Under the pieces are notes generated by a model. That model did no database searches. It was not told the origin of the DNA and saw nothing but the letters and a program-made list of their open reading frames with translations. The position numbers were made by a program, and so were the translations under genes. Shown here one piece after another: positions 49,387-60,300 of a DNA stretch of 64,000 bases; the stretch's first letter is position 1, and the number at the start of each line of letters is the position of its first letter. This DNA is from Eubacteriales bacterium. Lineage in GTDB: Bacteria > Bacillota > Clostridia > Oscillospirales > CAG-382. The stretch covers positions 1,437-65,436 of the forward strand of contig JAZOTA010000036.1 of the NCBI GenBank assembly GCA_045657425.1. Direction: 5' to 3'.

Positions 49387-50208
49387 ATGTCGGAGTATAA
49401 GAATCTTCTTTTTGTTGGCGGTGGTAATATCGCCGGCGCAGTCGCTTGCGGACTTGTTTCGAGCGGCGCAGTACCTGCTGAAAAAATTTCTGTTTATGAT
49501 ATCGATAAATCAAAGCTTGATAAATTTGCACAGGTTGGCATAAAAACCTTTTCGATTTTATCGGAAGCGGTTAAGGATGTACAGTATATTTTTCTTGCTG
49601 TAAAACCCGGGATTGTTAAATCTGTTATGGAGGAGCTTTCCGGATTTGATGGTCTTCTTGATAAGGTTATTGTAGTTTCCTTTGCTGCATCGGTTGAGAT
49701 TGATCATATTGAACGAGCTTGCGGTAAACATATAGCTGTAATACGCACAATGCCCAGCACACCCATCCTTGTTGGTGAAGGTGTTTTAGCGGTTTGCCGT
49801 AATGATAAGGTGAATTCAAAGGATTTTCAATTCTTCTGCAGAATGATGTCAGCGGTTGCTCACGTTACTGTCATTTCAGAAGATTTAATGAATCCGATTA
49901 TTTCTGTACACGGTTCTTCGCCTGCATATGTTTATCTGTTTGTTAAGGCTATATTGGATGCAGCCGAAAAGCAGGGAATTGAACCCAATGTCGCGTTGCC
50001 TTTGATACTAAAGACTATTAAAGGTTCTGTTACCATGATTGAAAAGAGCGGCATTTCCATCGATCAGCTTATTTCAAACGTTGCTTCGCCTAACGGAACA
50101 ACTCTCGCTGCACTTAATTCTTTCGCAAATGACGATTTTTGCGGTGCAGTTGACCGCGCAATGCAAGCTTGTACCGAACGCGCGAACGAAATCAGTAACG
50201 AATTGTAA
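49387..50208 (+). CDS. proC: Pyrroline-5-carboxylate reductase
   Basis: FVGGGNIA, LAVKP, RTMP, GSSPAY, VASPNGTT. Confidence 0.93.
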   Translation: MSEYKNLLFVGGGNIAGAVACGLVSSGAVPAEKISVYDIDKSKLDKFAQVGIKTFSILSEAVKDVQYIFLAVKPGIVKSVMEELSGFDGLLDKVIVVSFAASVEIDHIERACGKHIAVIRTMPSTPILVGEGVLAVCRNDKVNSKDFQFFCRMMSAVAHVTVISEDLMNPIISVHGSSPAYVYLFVKAILDAAEKQGIEPNVALPLILKTIKGSVTMIEKSGISIDQLISNVASPNGTTLAALNSFANDDFCGAVDRAMQACTERANEISNEL

Positions 50209-50250
50209 TCTTTTTTTGCTTGTCCGCATATCACTTTATTGGTGATTAAT

Positions 50251-50856
50251 ATGAATGCTGACAACAAATCAAAAGCGGTTGTGGTTTATGCTTCTCCGAA
50301 GCAAAAAGGATTTAACTTTATACACACTTATTCAGAAAGAATCAACTTGATTCTTTGCACTTATTTCAATAAGCGCCGCAAGTTATTATTTTCCTCTTTA
50401 ATTGTCTTTTCTCTGTTTTTTATGGCAGGGAATTGTTTTGCGGCTCACTACCTTTATAAATTGCCTTATATACTTGATGTGTTTTTTGATAAGTATTTTA
50501 TTAAAGCTTTTCTTATAGCATATCCTATTATATTTGCAAGCGGTTATACTATTTTCGGTAGTGTTTTATCCGTTTGCTTTTTTGCGCTTTTTTCGTTCTT
50601 TGTTGGCAATTTTATTTACTGCCGCTTCAGCTTGATTCATTTGGATTTTGTGTATGTCTTCTTTTTGTTTTTGGTAATTACGGTCATATTTTTTATATCG
50701 TTATTTTATTGCGAGACATCTGTTTACTATTCAAAAAACAGATTTGCAAATAAGATTATATTTTCAAGACCGTCTGCTATTTATTCGATTTTTTCGTTTA
50801 CTATTTTTTTCATATTGTTCATATTTTTAACTTTATTAAAAAACTATTTTTGGTAG
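50251..50856 (+). CDS. Hydrophobic membrane protein in the position usually held by spoIIM (upstream of xerD)
   Basis: 4-5 Phe-rich TM segments; assignment from synteny only; start uncertain. Confidence 0.45.
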   Translation: MNADNKSKAVVVYASPKQKGFNFIHTYSERINLILCTYFNKRRKLLFSSLIVFSLFFMAGNCFAAHYLYKLPYILDVFFDKYFIKAFLIAYPIIFASGYTIFGSVLSVCFFALFSFFVGNFIYCRFSLIHLDFVYVFFLFLVITVIFFISLFYCETSVYYSKNRFANKIIFSRPSAIYSIFSFTIFFILFIFLTLLKNYFW

Positions 50857-50863
50857 GATAACT

Positions 50864-51775
50864 ATGACTGGTTGTGAACTTAACAATAACCTTGTATCAC
50901 AACTTAATACTTATTTTGATTACTTGCAATGCGTCAAAAAGTCTTCTAATAACACTCTGCAGGCATATCAAAGGGATCTCCAAAAGTTTGTTGACTATTT
51001 AACGAATATAGAAGTTCATGACTTCGCTGTTGTAGATTCGGAAATTATCGCAAACTTTAAGATTCATTTGTCTTCGATTGGTCTTTCATCGACGTCTGTG
51101 AGTAGAACGCTTTCATCGATGCGCGGTTTGTATCAATTCTTCGTAATGAACGGCACTTGCGAATCGAACCCTGCAAAGGTTATTCATAATGATAAGGTTG
51201 AAAAGAAGGAAATCGCCGTTTTGACGTCGAAAGAGGTTGAAGCATTACTTTCTCAACCCGATTCCAACGATATAAAAGGGATCCGTGATAAAGCAATGCT
51301 TGAAATTCTGTATGCCACCGGCATTAAGGTTTCCGAATTGATTGGCCTAAACGTTGAAGATTTTAATGCGCAGTTATCGTTTATCAAGTGTGGCGAAGGT
51401 GATAAAGAAAGATTTATTCCGATTTATCCTGTTGCCGCCAAGGCGGTCGTCACATATCTTGAAAAATCAAGAAAGCTTTTGGTTTCTGACCAGAGTGAAC
51501 GCGCATTGTTTGTTAACGTGACCGGCGATAAAATGACACGCCAGGGCTTTTGGAAAATACTCAAAGCTTACGCTGCTAAGGCTAACATCAATAAGACGAT
51601 TACACCGCATACACTCAGAAATTCTTTTGCATCTCATCTCCTTGAAAACGGCGCTGACATTCACGATATTCAATTGATTCTCGGACATTCCGATATCGCT
51701 TCTACTCAACGTTATGCACAATTTTTGAAGGATAAGATGAAAAACAGTTACATCAAGTTTCATCCGCGCGCGTGA
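50864..51775 (+). CDS. xerD: XerD-like tyrosine recombinase with non-canonical catalytic residues
   Basis: NTLQAYQRDL, RDKAMLEILYATGIKVSEL, MTRQGFWK, TPHTLRNSFASHLLENGAD, LGHSDIASTQRY, HPRA C-terminus. Confidence 0.85.
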   Translation: MTGCELNNNLVSQLNTYFDYLQCVKKSSNNTLQAYQRDLQKFVDYLTNIEVHDFAVVDSEIIANFKIHLSSIGLSSTSVSRTLSSMRGLYQFFVMNGTCESNPAKVIHNDKVEKKEIAVLTSKEVEALLSQPDSNDIKGIRDKAMLEILYATGIKVSELIGLNVEDFNAQLSFIKCGEGDKERFIPIYPVAAKAVVTYLEKSRKLLVSDQSERALFVNVTGDKMTRQGFWKILKAYAAKANINKTITPHTLRNSFASHLLENGADIHDIQLILGHSDIASTQRYAQFLKDKMKNSYIKFHPRA

Positions 51776-51784
51776 GGATATTAA

Positions 51785-52777
51785 ATGGGAAAATTATTCA
51801 ACTTCTTTTCCGGTCATAACAAGGCAGGGAAGGGCATTACAAAAAAACAGGTAGAGTTTGATAAAAAGCTCGGTTTCGGTTTTTTCTTCAAGCTCATGAA
51901 AACACGTCTTGGTAAATTTTCGGGCACCAACCTTACTTTTGCACTTTGCAATATATTCTTTTTTGTCGCCTTGTTCGGTTTGGCAGGACTATTTGACGAT
52001 TCAACAGCAACGGCCGCAAACCCATTGTATGCCCAGATAAGCGCCGCGGCTATCAACGATACGGGCCCGGGAATTGCATCGCTTTATAGCGTTTATTGCG
52101 CATCTACGGGCATAAGAATCGTATCCGACGTTTCAAACGCTCTTATGAATACGATTTATGTATTGATACTCACCTTTGGTGTTTCAACGATTGGTATGGT
52201 TTATAATATCCGTAACGTTTGCACCGGTGAATACGTTGACACTTGGCACGATTTCTTCTATGCAATTAAACGCAACTTTAAGCAGGGAATTATCATTGGT
52301 ATTTTAGACGCTGTTATAATTTGTCTGCTTGTTTATGATATCCTGGCTTACGGCTCTGAATCCGGCAACGAGTTTATTTGGTTAGTCTTTTATTATGCGT
52401 CGATTGTGTTCATCGCAGTTTACTACGTAATGAGATTTTATATCTACTTGCAGCTCGTTACGTGTGAAATGTCGATAGGTAAGATGATCAAAAATTCTTT
52501 CCTTTTGACTGTACTTGGCATTAAGAGAAACTTTGTCGGATTGTTGGGCGCAATTTTATTCGTATTGCTTTTGTTGTATGCGTATATATTGCTGCCGCAG
52601 TTTACGTTTATATTGCTTTGTATGTTTGTATTTTCGTTCTTGACGTATATCGGTGTTTACTGCGCATATCCGATTCTGAAAAAGTATGTAATTGATCCGT
52701 ATTACGAAGATCATCCTGATGAAATGCCCGAAGATCCTTGGTCTACAGAAGATCCAGTTTTCATCGACAGAGGATAA
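51785..52777 (+). CDS. YesL/DUF624-like membrane protein
   Basis: WHDFFYAIKRNFKQG, KNSFLL, multiple TM helices. Confidence 0.6.
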   Translation: MGKLFNFFSGHNKAGKGITKKQVEFDKKLGFGFFFKLMKTRLGKFSGTNLTFALCNIFFFVALFGLAGLFDDSTATAANPLYAQISAAAINDTGPGIASLYSVYCASTGIRIVSDVSNALMNTIYVLILTFGVSTIGMVYNIRNVCTGEYVDTWHDFFYAIKRNFKQGIIIGILDAVIICLLVYDILAYGSESGNEFIWLVFYYASIVFIAVYYVMRFYIYLQLVTCEMSIGKMIKNSFLLTVLGIKRNFVGLLGAILFVLLLLYAYILLPQFTFILLCMFVFSFLTYIGVYCAYPILKKYVIDPYYEDHPDEMPEDPWSTEDPVFIDRG

Positions 52778-52929
52778 CGTTTATAAAGGCCTATCAAATT
52801 TTGATAGGCCTTTACATAAGCAATCAAACACAACCAAAGGGAAGTTTTATAAATTTCCCTTACCCCTGTTTTGGCACATTATATAAAATGAAGATTTTAT
52901 ATAATAGAGGGAAGTTAAGTTCATACATA

Positions 52930-52970
52930 AAGACACCTCTTGGAATTTAAGTATTTCCAAGAGGTGTTTT
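52930..52970. terminator. Probable bidirectional terminator; resembles the 14319/16168 repeats
   Basis: AAGACACCTCTTGGAA...TTCCAAGAGGTGTTTT between convergent genes. Confidence 0.65.
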
Positions 52971-52995
52971 GTAATATGTTTATTGTAACTATACT

Positions 52996-53802
52996 CTAAA
53001 AGCTTTGGAATACTCCAATCGGAAAATCTTTTGAAACATCCTCATTTGGATCACTTGTAATTTCCGTAATGGGCAATATTCCGCCATAATCATACATGTG
53101 TTTATTTGTTAACGAAAAGCAATCAACTTTATGGTTTGCGCAAAAATCAACTATATCATCACCATATTTAAATGCATTTAGATTACCGGTAAAAGCCAAC
53201 GTGTTATCCGATATCTTCGCAGCACATCCTCCAATAAGTCCGTGGCTGTAACCGTTAAGGCCAATCTCACCATCGTCACCAATTGTCAATACGTCGTATC
53301 CTTGGTTGCGAAGCGCAAGCCCGATCAATTTGTCAGACGTGATAAACGCCTCTTCGTTGACTAATACAGTACAACATTTTGTGTAATTCTGACTTAAGTA
53401 AATAATTTCCTTTTTCTCATATATTGCATATGCCTTTATAAGATAATCGACGTTTTTACCGCAGAAAAGCTTATTATTAACCGTGAAATTGTTAAAAGGA
53501 CAATCATACGGATAGATATCTTTTAACTCTGTTTCGGTTTCTCTAAATAACTTTAAAGGAAGACCTTTACAAAGATATTTTGGATCACTTTCGCAGATCC
53601 ACATACCTTTTCTGAAATTATTAACCAAAATATCAGGATGATACGCCAATTCGCCACTCATATTTTTTGATTTTCCGAGTGTATACGGTCGAATCATCAT
53701 TGATTTTAATTCATTAATCAGTTCATCCGGCATTAAACCCGAAACAAAAACACGCAAAACACGTGATTTTGGTAGATTCGGATCGCAATATCTTTCCTTC
53801 AT
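52996..53802 (-). CDS. DUF6873-like (GME-fold) hypothetical protein
   Basis: AYHPDI, YPYDCPFN, QNYTKC, ITSD, LNGYSHGLIGG, DYGGI pattern; ATG 53802 behind GGAG. Confidence 0.6.
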   Translation of the reverse strand: MKERYCDPNLPKSRVLRVFVSGLMPDELINELKSMMIRPYTLGKSKNMSGELAYHPDILVNNFRKGMWICESDPKYLCKGLPLKLFRETETELKDIYPYDCPFNNFTVNNKLFCGKNVDYLIKAYAIYEKKEIIYLSQNYTKCCTVLVNEEAFITSDKLIGLALRNQGYDVLTIGDDGEIGLNGYSHGLIGGCAAKISDNTLAFTGNLNAFKYGDDIVDFCANHKVDCFSLTNKHMYDYGGILPITEITSDPNEDVSKDFPIGVFQSF

Positions 53803-53821
53803 TATATTCTCCAAAAACAGT

Positions 53822-55192
53822 TCAATTATCTATTAATTTGAGAAGATCAAATACACCGCGCAACGGAATAATTTCAACATCCTTGGGTACTTTCAGATTT
53901 TTAACCGAGCGAAAAGGCACCGCAATGCGTTTAAAACCAAGTCGAACAGATTCATTGATACGCTGACTTGTATTGGAAACAGATCTGCATTCTCCTGCAA
54001 GACCGATTTCGCCTAAAACGATTAAATCATCCGGTATGGGTAAATTTTTATAAGATGAAATCATTGCCAAAGCACATGCCGCATCGCTTGCTGGTTCTAC
54101 CAAACGCATACCTGCGGCAACGTTAACGTAAACGTCTTGTGTAGAAAACTTTAAGCCAAGACGTTTTTCGAGCACAGCAAGCAATAATGCAGTTCGATTG
54201 TAATCGAGTCCGGACGACATTCTTCGCGGCGAAGGATAAACTGTTTGCGTTGCAAGGCATTGAACTTCGGCTATAAGCGGCCTGCTGCCCTCCATAACGC
54301 ACACTGGACAGTTTCCCGGCACTCCGTTAGGTCTTTGTGACAACATCATTTCCGAGGGCTTTTCGATCTCGTTAAGTCCCTCGTCGCTCATTTCAAAAAC
54401 ACCGATTTCGTTGGTTGAGCCATAGCGGTTTTTTTCAGCACGAACTATTCTGTAAGCATGTTGCTTGTCGCCCTCGAAATATAACACCGCATCGACCATA
54501 TGCTCCAAAACCTTTGGTCCCGCAATCGAGCCCTCTTTATTTACGTGGCCGACCAAAAGCATCGAAACGCCATCTTCTTTAGCTTTTCCGATAAGTCGAA
54601 GCGCACACTGTCTAACCTGTGTAACACTGCCTTGTGATGACGGATAATTATCATCGTACATCGTTTGTATCGAGTCAATAATGACAACCTCGGGCGATAC
54701 GGCATTGATCTCGCCAATAATATTATCAATATTATTTTCACTAAGTATATAAACCTCATCGTGATCAACGCTTAAGCGTCTGCAACGCATTTTAATCTGT
54801 GCCGCAGATTCTTCACCCGTAATATACAGAACCTTACCGTTATTACCCAATGACTCACAAATCTGCAACAAAAGGGTGGACTTCCCTATTCCGGGCTCAC
54901 CCGAGAGCAAAACAACAGAACCCGAAACGATGCCGCCGCCCAAAACTCTGTCAAACTCATTAATACCCGTTCCGATTCTTTCTTTTTCAAGAAACGAAAC
55001 ATCTTTAATTTTGGTTGCCTTTGAATTTTGTGCTACGATATTGTTATCAGGGCGTGATTTTTTAATTTTAGAAGGTACTGCTTGAATAATTTCACGTTCG
55101 ATAAACGTATTCCATTCACCGCATTGTGGACATTTACCGTACCATTTTGATGCAATATACTCGCAATTTTCGCAAATATACTCAGTCTTCAT
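53822..55192 (-). CDS. radA: DNA repair protein RadA/Sms
   Basis: CENC...GKCPQC zinc finger, GEPGIGKST, DSIQT, KNRYG, C-terminal Lon-like domain. Confidence 0.97.
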   Translation of the reverse strand: MKTEYICENCEYIASKWYGKCPQCGEWNTFIEREIIQAVPSKIKKSRPDNNIVAQNSKATKIKDVSFLEKERIGTGINEFDRVLGGGIVSGSVVLLSGEPGIGKSTLLLQICESLGNNGKVLYITGEESAAQIKMRCRRLSVDHDEVYILSENNIDNIIGEINAVSPEVVIIDSIQTMYDDNYPSSQGSVTQVRQCALRLIGKAKEDGVSMLLVGHVNKEGSIAGPKVLEHMVDAVLYFEGDKQHAYRIVRAEKNRYGSTNEIGVFEMSDEGLNEIEKPSEMMLSQRPNGVPGNCPVCVMEGSRPLIAEVQCLATQTVYPSPRRMSSGLDYNRTALLLAVLEKRLGLKFSTQDVYVNVAAGMRLVEPASDAACALAMISSYKNLPIPDDLIVLGEIGLAGECRSVSNTSQRINESVRLGFKRIAVPFRSVKNLKVPKDVEIIPLRGVFDLLKLIDN

Positions 55193-55932
55193 TATTTTTT
55201 CTCCAAATAATCGGCAACGCCGCAATAAATTGACAGCGCTAATGCTTTTTTATAATCAGAACTTTTTAACAAGTTAGCTTCTTTGGCGTTTGAAATAAAT
55301 CCACACTCGACAAGTGTTGAGGGCATTTTTAATTTTTCTAACAAATAAATCGTATCTTTACTGTTTGCAACAATGCGTTTGTTATCGATTTGAAGCAATT
55401 TGACGTTGTTTTGTATCGATTCAGCGAACAATTTTCCCTCATTATTTCCGCCGTAATAAAATGCTTGTAACCCTTTACAGTAGCTTGCAGGAAATTTATT
55501 CATATGAATGCTGATAAATACTGCGTTATCAACGCTGTTAGCAAGCTTTTCTCGGTTTCTTATATCATAAAATTTTTTGCGACTCTCTTCGCCGTTGTTA
55601 TAAAGCAACCGGTCATCATTGCGAGTTAAAAAGGTTTTATATCCGTTTGATATAAGAATTTCATTAAGCAGGTTCGAAATTTCAAGGTTAAGCTCCTTTT
55701 CTATGAGCTCGTTTGTAACCGCACCCGGGTCTTCCCCACCGTGTCCTGCATCAATAATGACGGTAGGTATTGTTGCCGAGCTGCTGATTTCGATCTGATT
55801 GCTCGATCTTAAGCCTTTATAGCCCATCGACGTAAACATTGACGCCAAAAAGTAAAATATCAACGAAACAGAAAGGATTATCGATAAGATTATCAAGCTC
55901 AAGCGCGCTTCTTTATAAATGTTAAAACGCAT
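55192..55932 (-). CDS. N-acetylmuramoyl-L-alanine amidase (Amidase_3, CwlD-like)
   Basis: IIDAGHGGEDPGA, EKELNL, SIHMNKF, GLQAFY, VECGFISN; N-terminal TM. Confidence 0.88.
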   Translation of the reverse strand: MRFNIYKEARLSLIILSIILSVSLIFYFLASMFTSMGYKGLRSSNQIEISSSATIPTVIIDAGHGGEDPGAVTNELIEKELNLEISNLLNEILISNGYKTFLTRNDDRLLYNNGEESRKKFYDIRNREKLANSVDNAVFISIHMNKFPASYCKGLQAFYYGGNNEGKLFAESIQNNVKLLQIDNKRIVANSKDTIYLLEKLKMPSTLVECGFISNAKEANLLKSSDYKKALALSIYCGVADYLEKK

Positions 55933-55990
55933 ATAAACCTCACAAAAAATATTTGTAAATCTATATGCGATCTAACGTATCACTATTACT

Positions 55991-56590
55991 TTATTCTTTG
56001 TTTTTAGGTTTACGTTCAAGCGGACCGTCAAAGGGAGGTTTTACGTTCATACCGAATAGTCCGCGTATTGTTTTATCTTTGCAGCCGATTGCATAACCAA
56101 GAAAACTTGCTAATATCGACGGAAACAAGGTTATTATAACGTAACCGATTATGCCAACATATTTAGAAAGGTTGTAAAGACTCAAAAAGCTTCCCTGACA
56201 CGCATAGAAAAGCAGTAACGGAATTGGTGTATGGTCTTGACCTTCGGGTGTTGCCAAAATTACAATAATAACAACAACACCTATTAAAATTACAGGAAGA
56301 TAACCAATTAAAGCAATTTTCAACCCTTTTAATACGTCGGGCTTGGTACCCTCAGCACGATGCTTAATACCTTCCTTAACTCCTGCAAAGAAAGAATCAT
56401 CATAATGCATGAAGCAAAGGAATCCGACTGTAAATAAGCTTGCTATGATTGCGATGCCGCTGAAACCACCCGAGCCATCCTCTAAAGTAAGAACAGCAAG
56501 ACCAACCATTATGCCGAGGATCGACATAACGAGATGCGTCATCATAAATTTAACGATCGATTTTGAATTTTCGCGAATAAATTTTATCAT
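55991..56590 (-). CDS. Hypothetical multi-pass membrane protein
   Basis: About 5 hydrophobic helices; ATG 56590 behind GAGGA. Confidence 0.7.
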   Translation of the reverse strand: MIKFIRENSKSIVKFMMTHLVMSILGIMVGLAVLTLEDGSGGFSGIAIIASLFTVGFLCFMHYDDSFFAGVKEGIKHRAEGTKPDVLKGLKIALIGYLPVILIGVVVIIVILATPEGQDHTPIPLLLFYACQGSFLSLYNLSKYVGIIGYVIITLFPSILASFLGYAIGCKDKTIRGLFGMNVKPPFDGPLERKPKNKE

Positions 56591-56594
56591 AAAA

Positions 56595-57356
56595 TCATCC
56601 TCTTTTAGATTTCGCAAATATGTAAAACACAGCTAAAGCAAACACTACCAAACAAACGCCAACACCAAATAATGATAAATACATGTATATATTATTTGTT
56701 TCGGCATTCGGTCCAGAAACGTTTTCAATTAAATTATCTACTTCAATGAATCTTTCTCTTAAATTTGATTTCGGATCAACATGAGCATAATACAGCTTGG
56801 AATTAGCTTTATTTAATGGGTCAAACGTAATCTTTGCCGAGTTGGATGTCATATGTACAAACTCGTTTGTTTTGCCGTCTTTAAGAATCTCGCCTCTAAG
56901 ATCTGAATAACCGATTCTAATATCGCTAACGGTAGTATCAAGCGGCTTAAATTCCAAAACAATACCAAGTTCTTTATCGTTCTTTGCGCCCTCGCCTAAA
57001 GAGATAACCGCATAACCCCAATGATAAACACCTTCAGAAGTCTGCCTTGAAAAATCCTCGACGTTTTCTTCTAAAATAAGAGTGTTCCATTTTTCGGGAA
57101 TATAGTGCTCAATGTTTACAAGCTCAAGCGTATTGTGGTCATATTCGATATCGTACTCGATACTGATAATGCCATCCTTAACTTTAATATCACTGAAATA
57201 TGCCGTAACTACAATGTTTTCACCGTTAAAGTTATAAGAAACGTTTAATTTTGCATCAGCGTCAAATACATCATCAAATCCCGGTTCGGCAGAAACCGAC
57301 AAGGAATTTAACGCTAAAAAGATAACGACAAATAACCAAACAATTACTTTTTTCAT
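56595..57356 (-). CDS. Secreted, C-terminally anchored protein with cohesin-like beta domain
   Basis: Signal peptide (SVSA|E); GIISIEYDIEYDHNTLELV resembles a cohesin strand pattern; C-terminal TM plus basic tail. Confidence 0.5.
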   Translation of the reverse strand: MKKVIVWLFVVIFLALNSLSVSAEPGFDDVFDADAKLNVSYNFNGENIVVTAYFSDIKVKDGIISIEYDIEYDHNTLELVNIEHYIPEKWNTLILEENVEDFSRQTSEGVYHWGYAVISLGEGAKNDKELGIVLEFKPLDTTVSDIRIGYSDLRGEILKDGKTNEFVHMTSNSAKITFDPLNKANSKLYYAHVDPKSNLRERFIEVDNLIENVSGPNAETNNIYMYLSLFGVGVCLVVFALAVFYIFAKSKRG

Positions 57357-57360
57357 TGTT

Positions 57361-60300
57361 TTACTCCGCTTTTTTCTTTTTGGTTTTACTGATTTTTACA
57401 AGTAAAACTATTACAACCATAACCATTATTGCAAGACTTGCGGCAACGAAAATCATCTTTCCGTAAGCAGGTCTTTCAAGATTGATTTCGGTGTTGCTTG
57501 TTTTAACTTCACGTTTGGTATACTGCTTTTCGGTAAAACGAGCATAAATTTCGGTTACTTGATTTGAAACGGGAACATCATTTATAACCTTTTCCCCACC
57601 GTCTTTTGCGGTGTACCAACCTATAAATTCATAACCGGTCTTAAAAGGATTACCGGGGAGCGAAACTTTATCTCCAACCTTATTTTCGTAGGTCACAACC
57701 TTGTTTTCATCAGTTATAAACCTTACTTTACCGGCATCGGATTTGCCGATGAAAAGATAATCAAAGTTGACAACTTCACCGTTAGTAGCATTGGTAATAT
57801 AAATACTGTTAATAACCTTTTTGCCGCTGACAAATTCAGAAAGGTCAATATAGCCGTTCCACGTGCCTCTGATATCACTCGGTGCGTTATTTACGTATCC
57901 GAATTTCGAAGCAATTTCTTTGTTTTGCGAAAAATTCAAAGAAGTACCGGCAAAATTAATTTGTATGTTCCATTTTGCATTTTTATCTGTCGATACACCA
58001 AAATACAAACGGTTATATTTATCAAGATCCAAAACGATTTGATCCGAGCCGTTAACCTCGTATTTGGGATTGGGATCATTGATATTTTTATTATAATAAT
58101 TATATCCCATTGTTATCCAATGGCCATTTGCATCACCGGCTTTGTTGAATATCGAAACAACACCGTTATCGTTAATAGACGTTTCGATTTCTTGTGTGCC
58201 TGATGTTCTCTTAAGCAAATTAAGGTCACTCGGTAACAAATTAAGCGCCACTTCAATAAAATCTGCGTTCGGGAATTTGTTATCCTCGTTCATTCTGAAG
58301 TTTTCGCTCACGTAATCATAACCGGTAACTTCGATTCTTTCGCCTACGGGATTAGAATATTCGGGGGCTTCATCGGGTTCATAATCGACCTCATATTCCC
58401 ACAAAACGAAAATTTCGGATAAACTCTTAGCGTCGTTATATTCAACTTCTGTAAAGAATGCTTCGCATCCTTTAAGACTCAAATCATCCTCACCAACGTT
58501 GCCGACGAATTCGGGTTTATGCATAACGTTAAAAGAGCTTGTACAGATAGAACGGTCGGCGTTTATCAAATCAAGATCATAAACGAAACTGTCGGAATAA
58601 GACGGATAGTAGTTATTGGGGTCTTGACCGAACTGAGAAGCAACGGGCGAATAGGTTTTGGAAATAACCTGTCCCGCATCGTTAAAGGTCATCAAACGCA
58701 CAAAGCCTTCGCCGTCGCAGGTACAACCGTTTACAACGTGCTGAGGACCCACGCCCAATTCAGCAAACTGATAGTCCGCCAAAATTTCAAGAACATATCT
58801 ATCGGTATCGCCAACCTGTTTGATTTGATCGCAAACGCCCTCGTTATGACCACAAAGAATCATTTTAACGTTTTCATTGGGAACAACAATCTTTTCCCAA
58901 ATCACTTCAGCTCTGTCACACGAATAAGCACCCGAAGGAAGCAAATATTCGTGTGTGCAAAGAACGACGTTTCTTGTCGGATATGCCTTGCAAACGTTAT
59001 TTGCCCAGGCAATAAGATCTTCATCATTTTCTTTTTGGTTACCGATATAAAGGAACACGAAGTCATATCCACCAAGAGAAATCAAATCATAATGGTGCAT
59101 ATTATTGTTAAGACTTCCTCCGTACCAATCGAAGTCCTTATATCTGTCTTCGCCAAAATACTTCCAATAATAGTCGTAGTTTTCGCTTGTATGAAGTACG
59201 TCGTGGTTACCCGAAACAACGCCGTTGGGAACCAACGCATCGTCAAGTATCTTTTGAGCGGCAGAGGCTACCTTAAATTCATTATGTGCGATTGCATCAC
59301 CTGCATCGGTTTGATCAACAAGGTCGCCGGTATGAACGTAATAACCGATATTACCTTTTTTGTATTGATCAACAGCATACTCGTTTATTTTATAATAAAA
59401 CTCATTCAAGTCTTCAAAACGAGAATAATACTGAGTGTCAGAATTCCAAAGTAAAGTATCACTTCCGTTGAAAACTACCTCGGGCATTGCGTTAATTCTC
59501 ATCTTTTTCTTGTAAGAGTAGTTTTCCAAAGGAACGTAAACCGAAACAGAAGCGCCGCTTTTTACAGAAGCAATTTTATCCCAAGCAGAGGTGTTGTAGT
59601 TCCATGCTTTAAGGCAAATATCACTACCGTTTCCTGTGGTGCCGCTATAAGACACCAAAACCTCATCGTCCTTAACGCCGTCAACGTTAATAACAAAAGA
59701 TTGATAAGGAACACTGTCGCCGATGGATTTGGTAACAATCTCCGCTTTGTCATCAAAGGAAACGAGAACCTCATCCTCAGATCTCAAAAAGTCCTGATTT
59801 AAGGCGCCGTAACGGTTTTCGAGCATTCTTATATCTTTAAGTAATTGTCCCGAATAGATTTTACCGCTGCCAAGAACGGAAATATTAAGATTTTCCTCAA
59901 AAAATTCAACGTGGTAAAGCTTTTCGGTTACTTCAAAACGAAGCGTGTTGATCGATTTATTACCCACAGCGTCAATTGCGGTTACAACAGCAACGTGCTT
60001 GCCTATTGAAAGCTTTTTGGGGTTAATCGAAACGGATCTCTTGCCGTCAACCAAAAGCTCGGTCTTAACGCTTGAAATGTCGTTTGCGTTAAAAGAAACC
60101 TTTTGAAGCTTTGAAACCAAAGCGCCGTCCTTTACCGAAAATTCAATAACAGGCGCGCTGTTATCGACGGTGAATTTCTTTTCGGAAACAACTTTTCCGT
60201 TTTTCTTGAATTGCGCAATATGGTCACCGTCGTTAATTTTATTTGTATCAATAATAAACATTCCGTTATCTTTGGAATAATCGAAAACGTAGCCGACATA

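Noticed and set aside
50864..51775. Tyrosine recombinase as the integrase of a prophage or ICE
   Set aside because: XerD-type signatures (RQGFWK, HPRA end) and a housekeeping neighbourhood; no att repeats, phage or conjugation genes.
52894..52916. dif-like sequence on the minus strand (ACTTCCCTCTATTATATAAAAT)
   Set aside because: Resembles the two dif arms but lacks the 6-bp central spacer, so it does not fit the 11-6-11 geometry.
58519..59454. 311-aa plus-strand ORF inside the metallophosphoesterase
   Set aside because: Antisense shadow of the catalytic domain with no independent signals.
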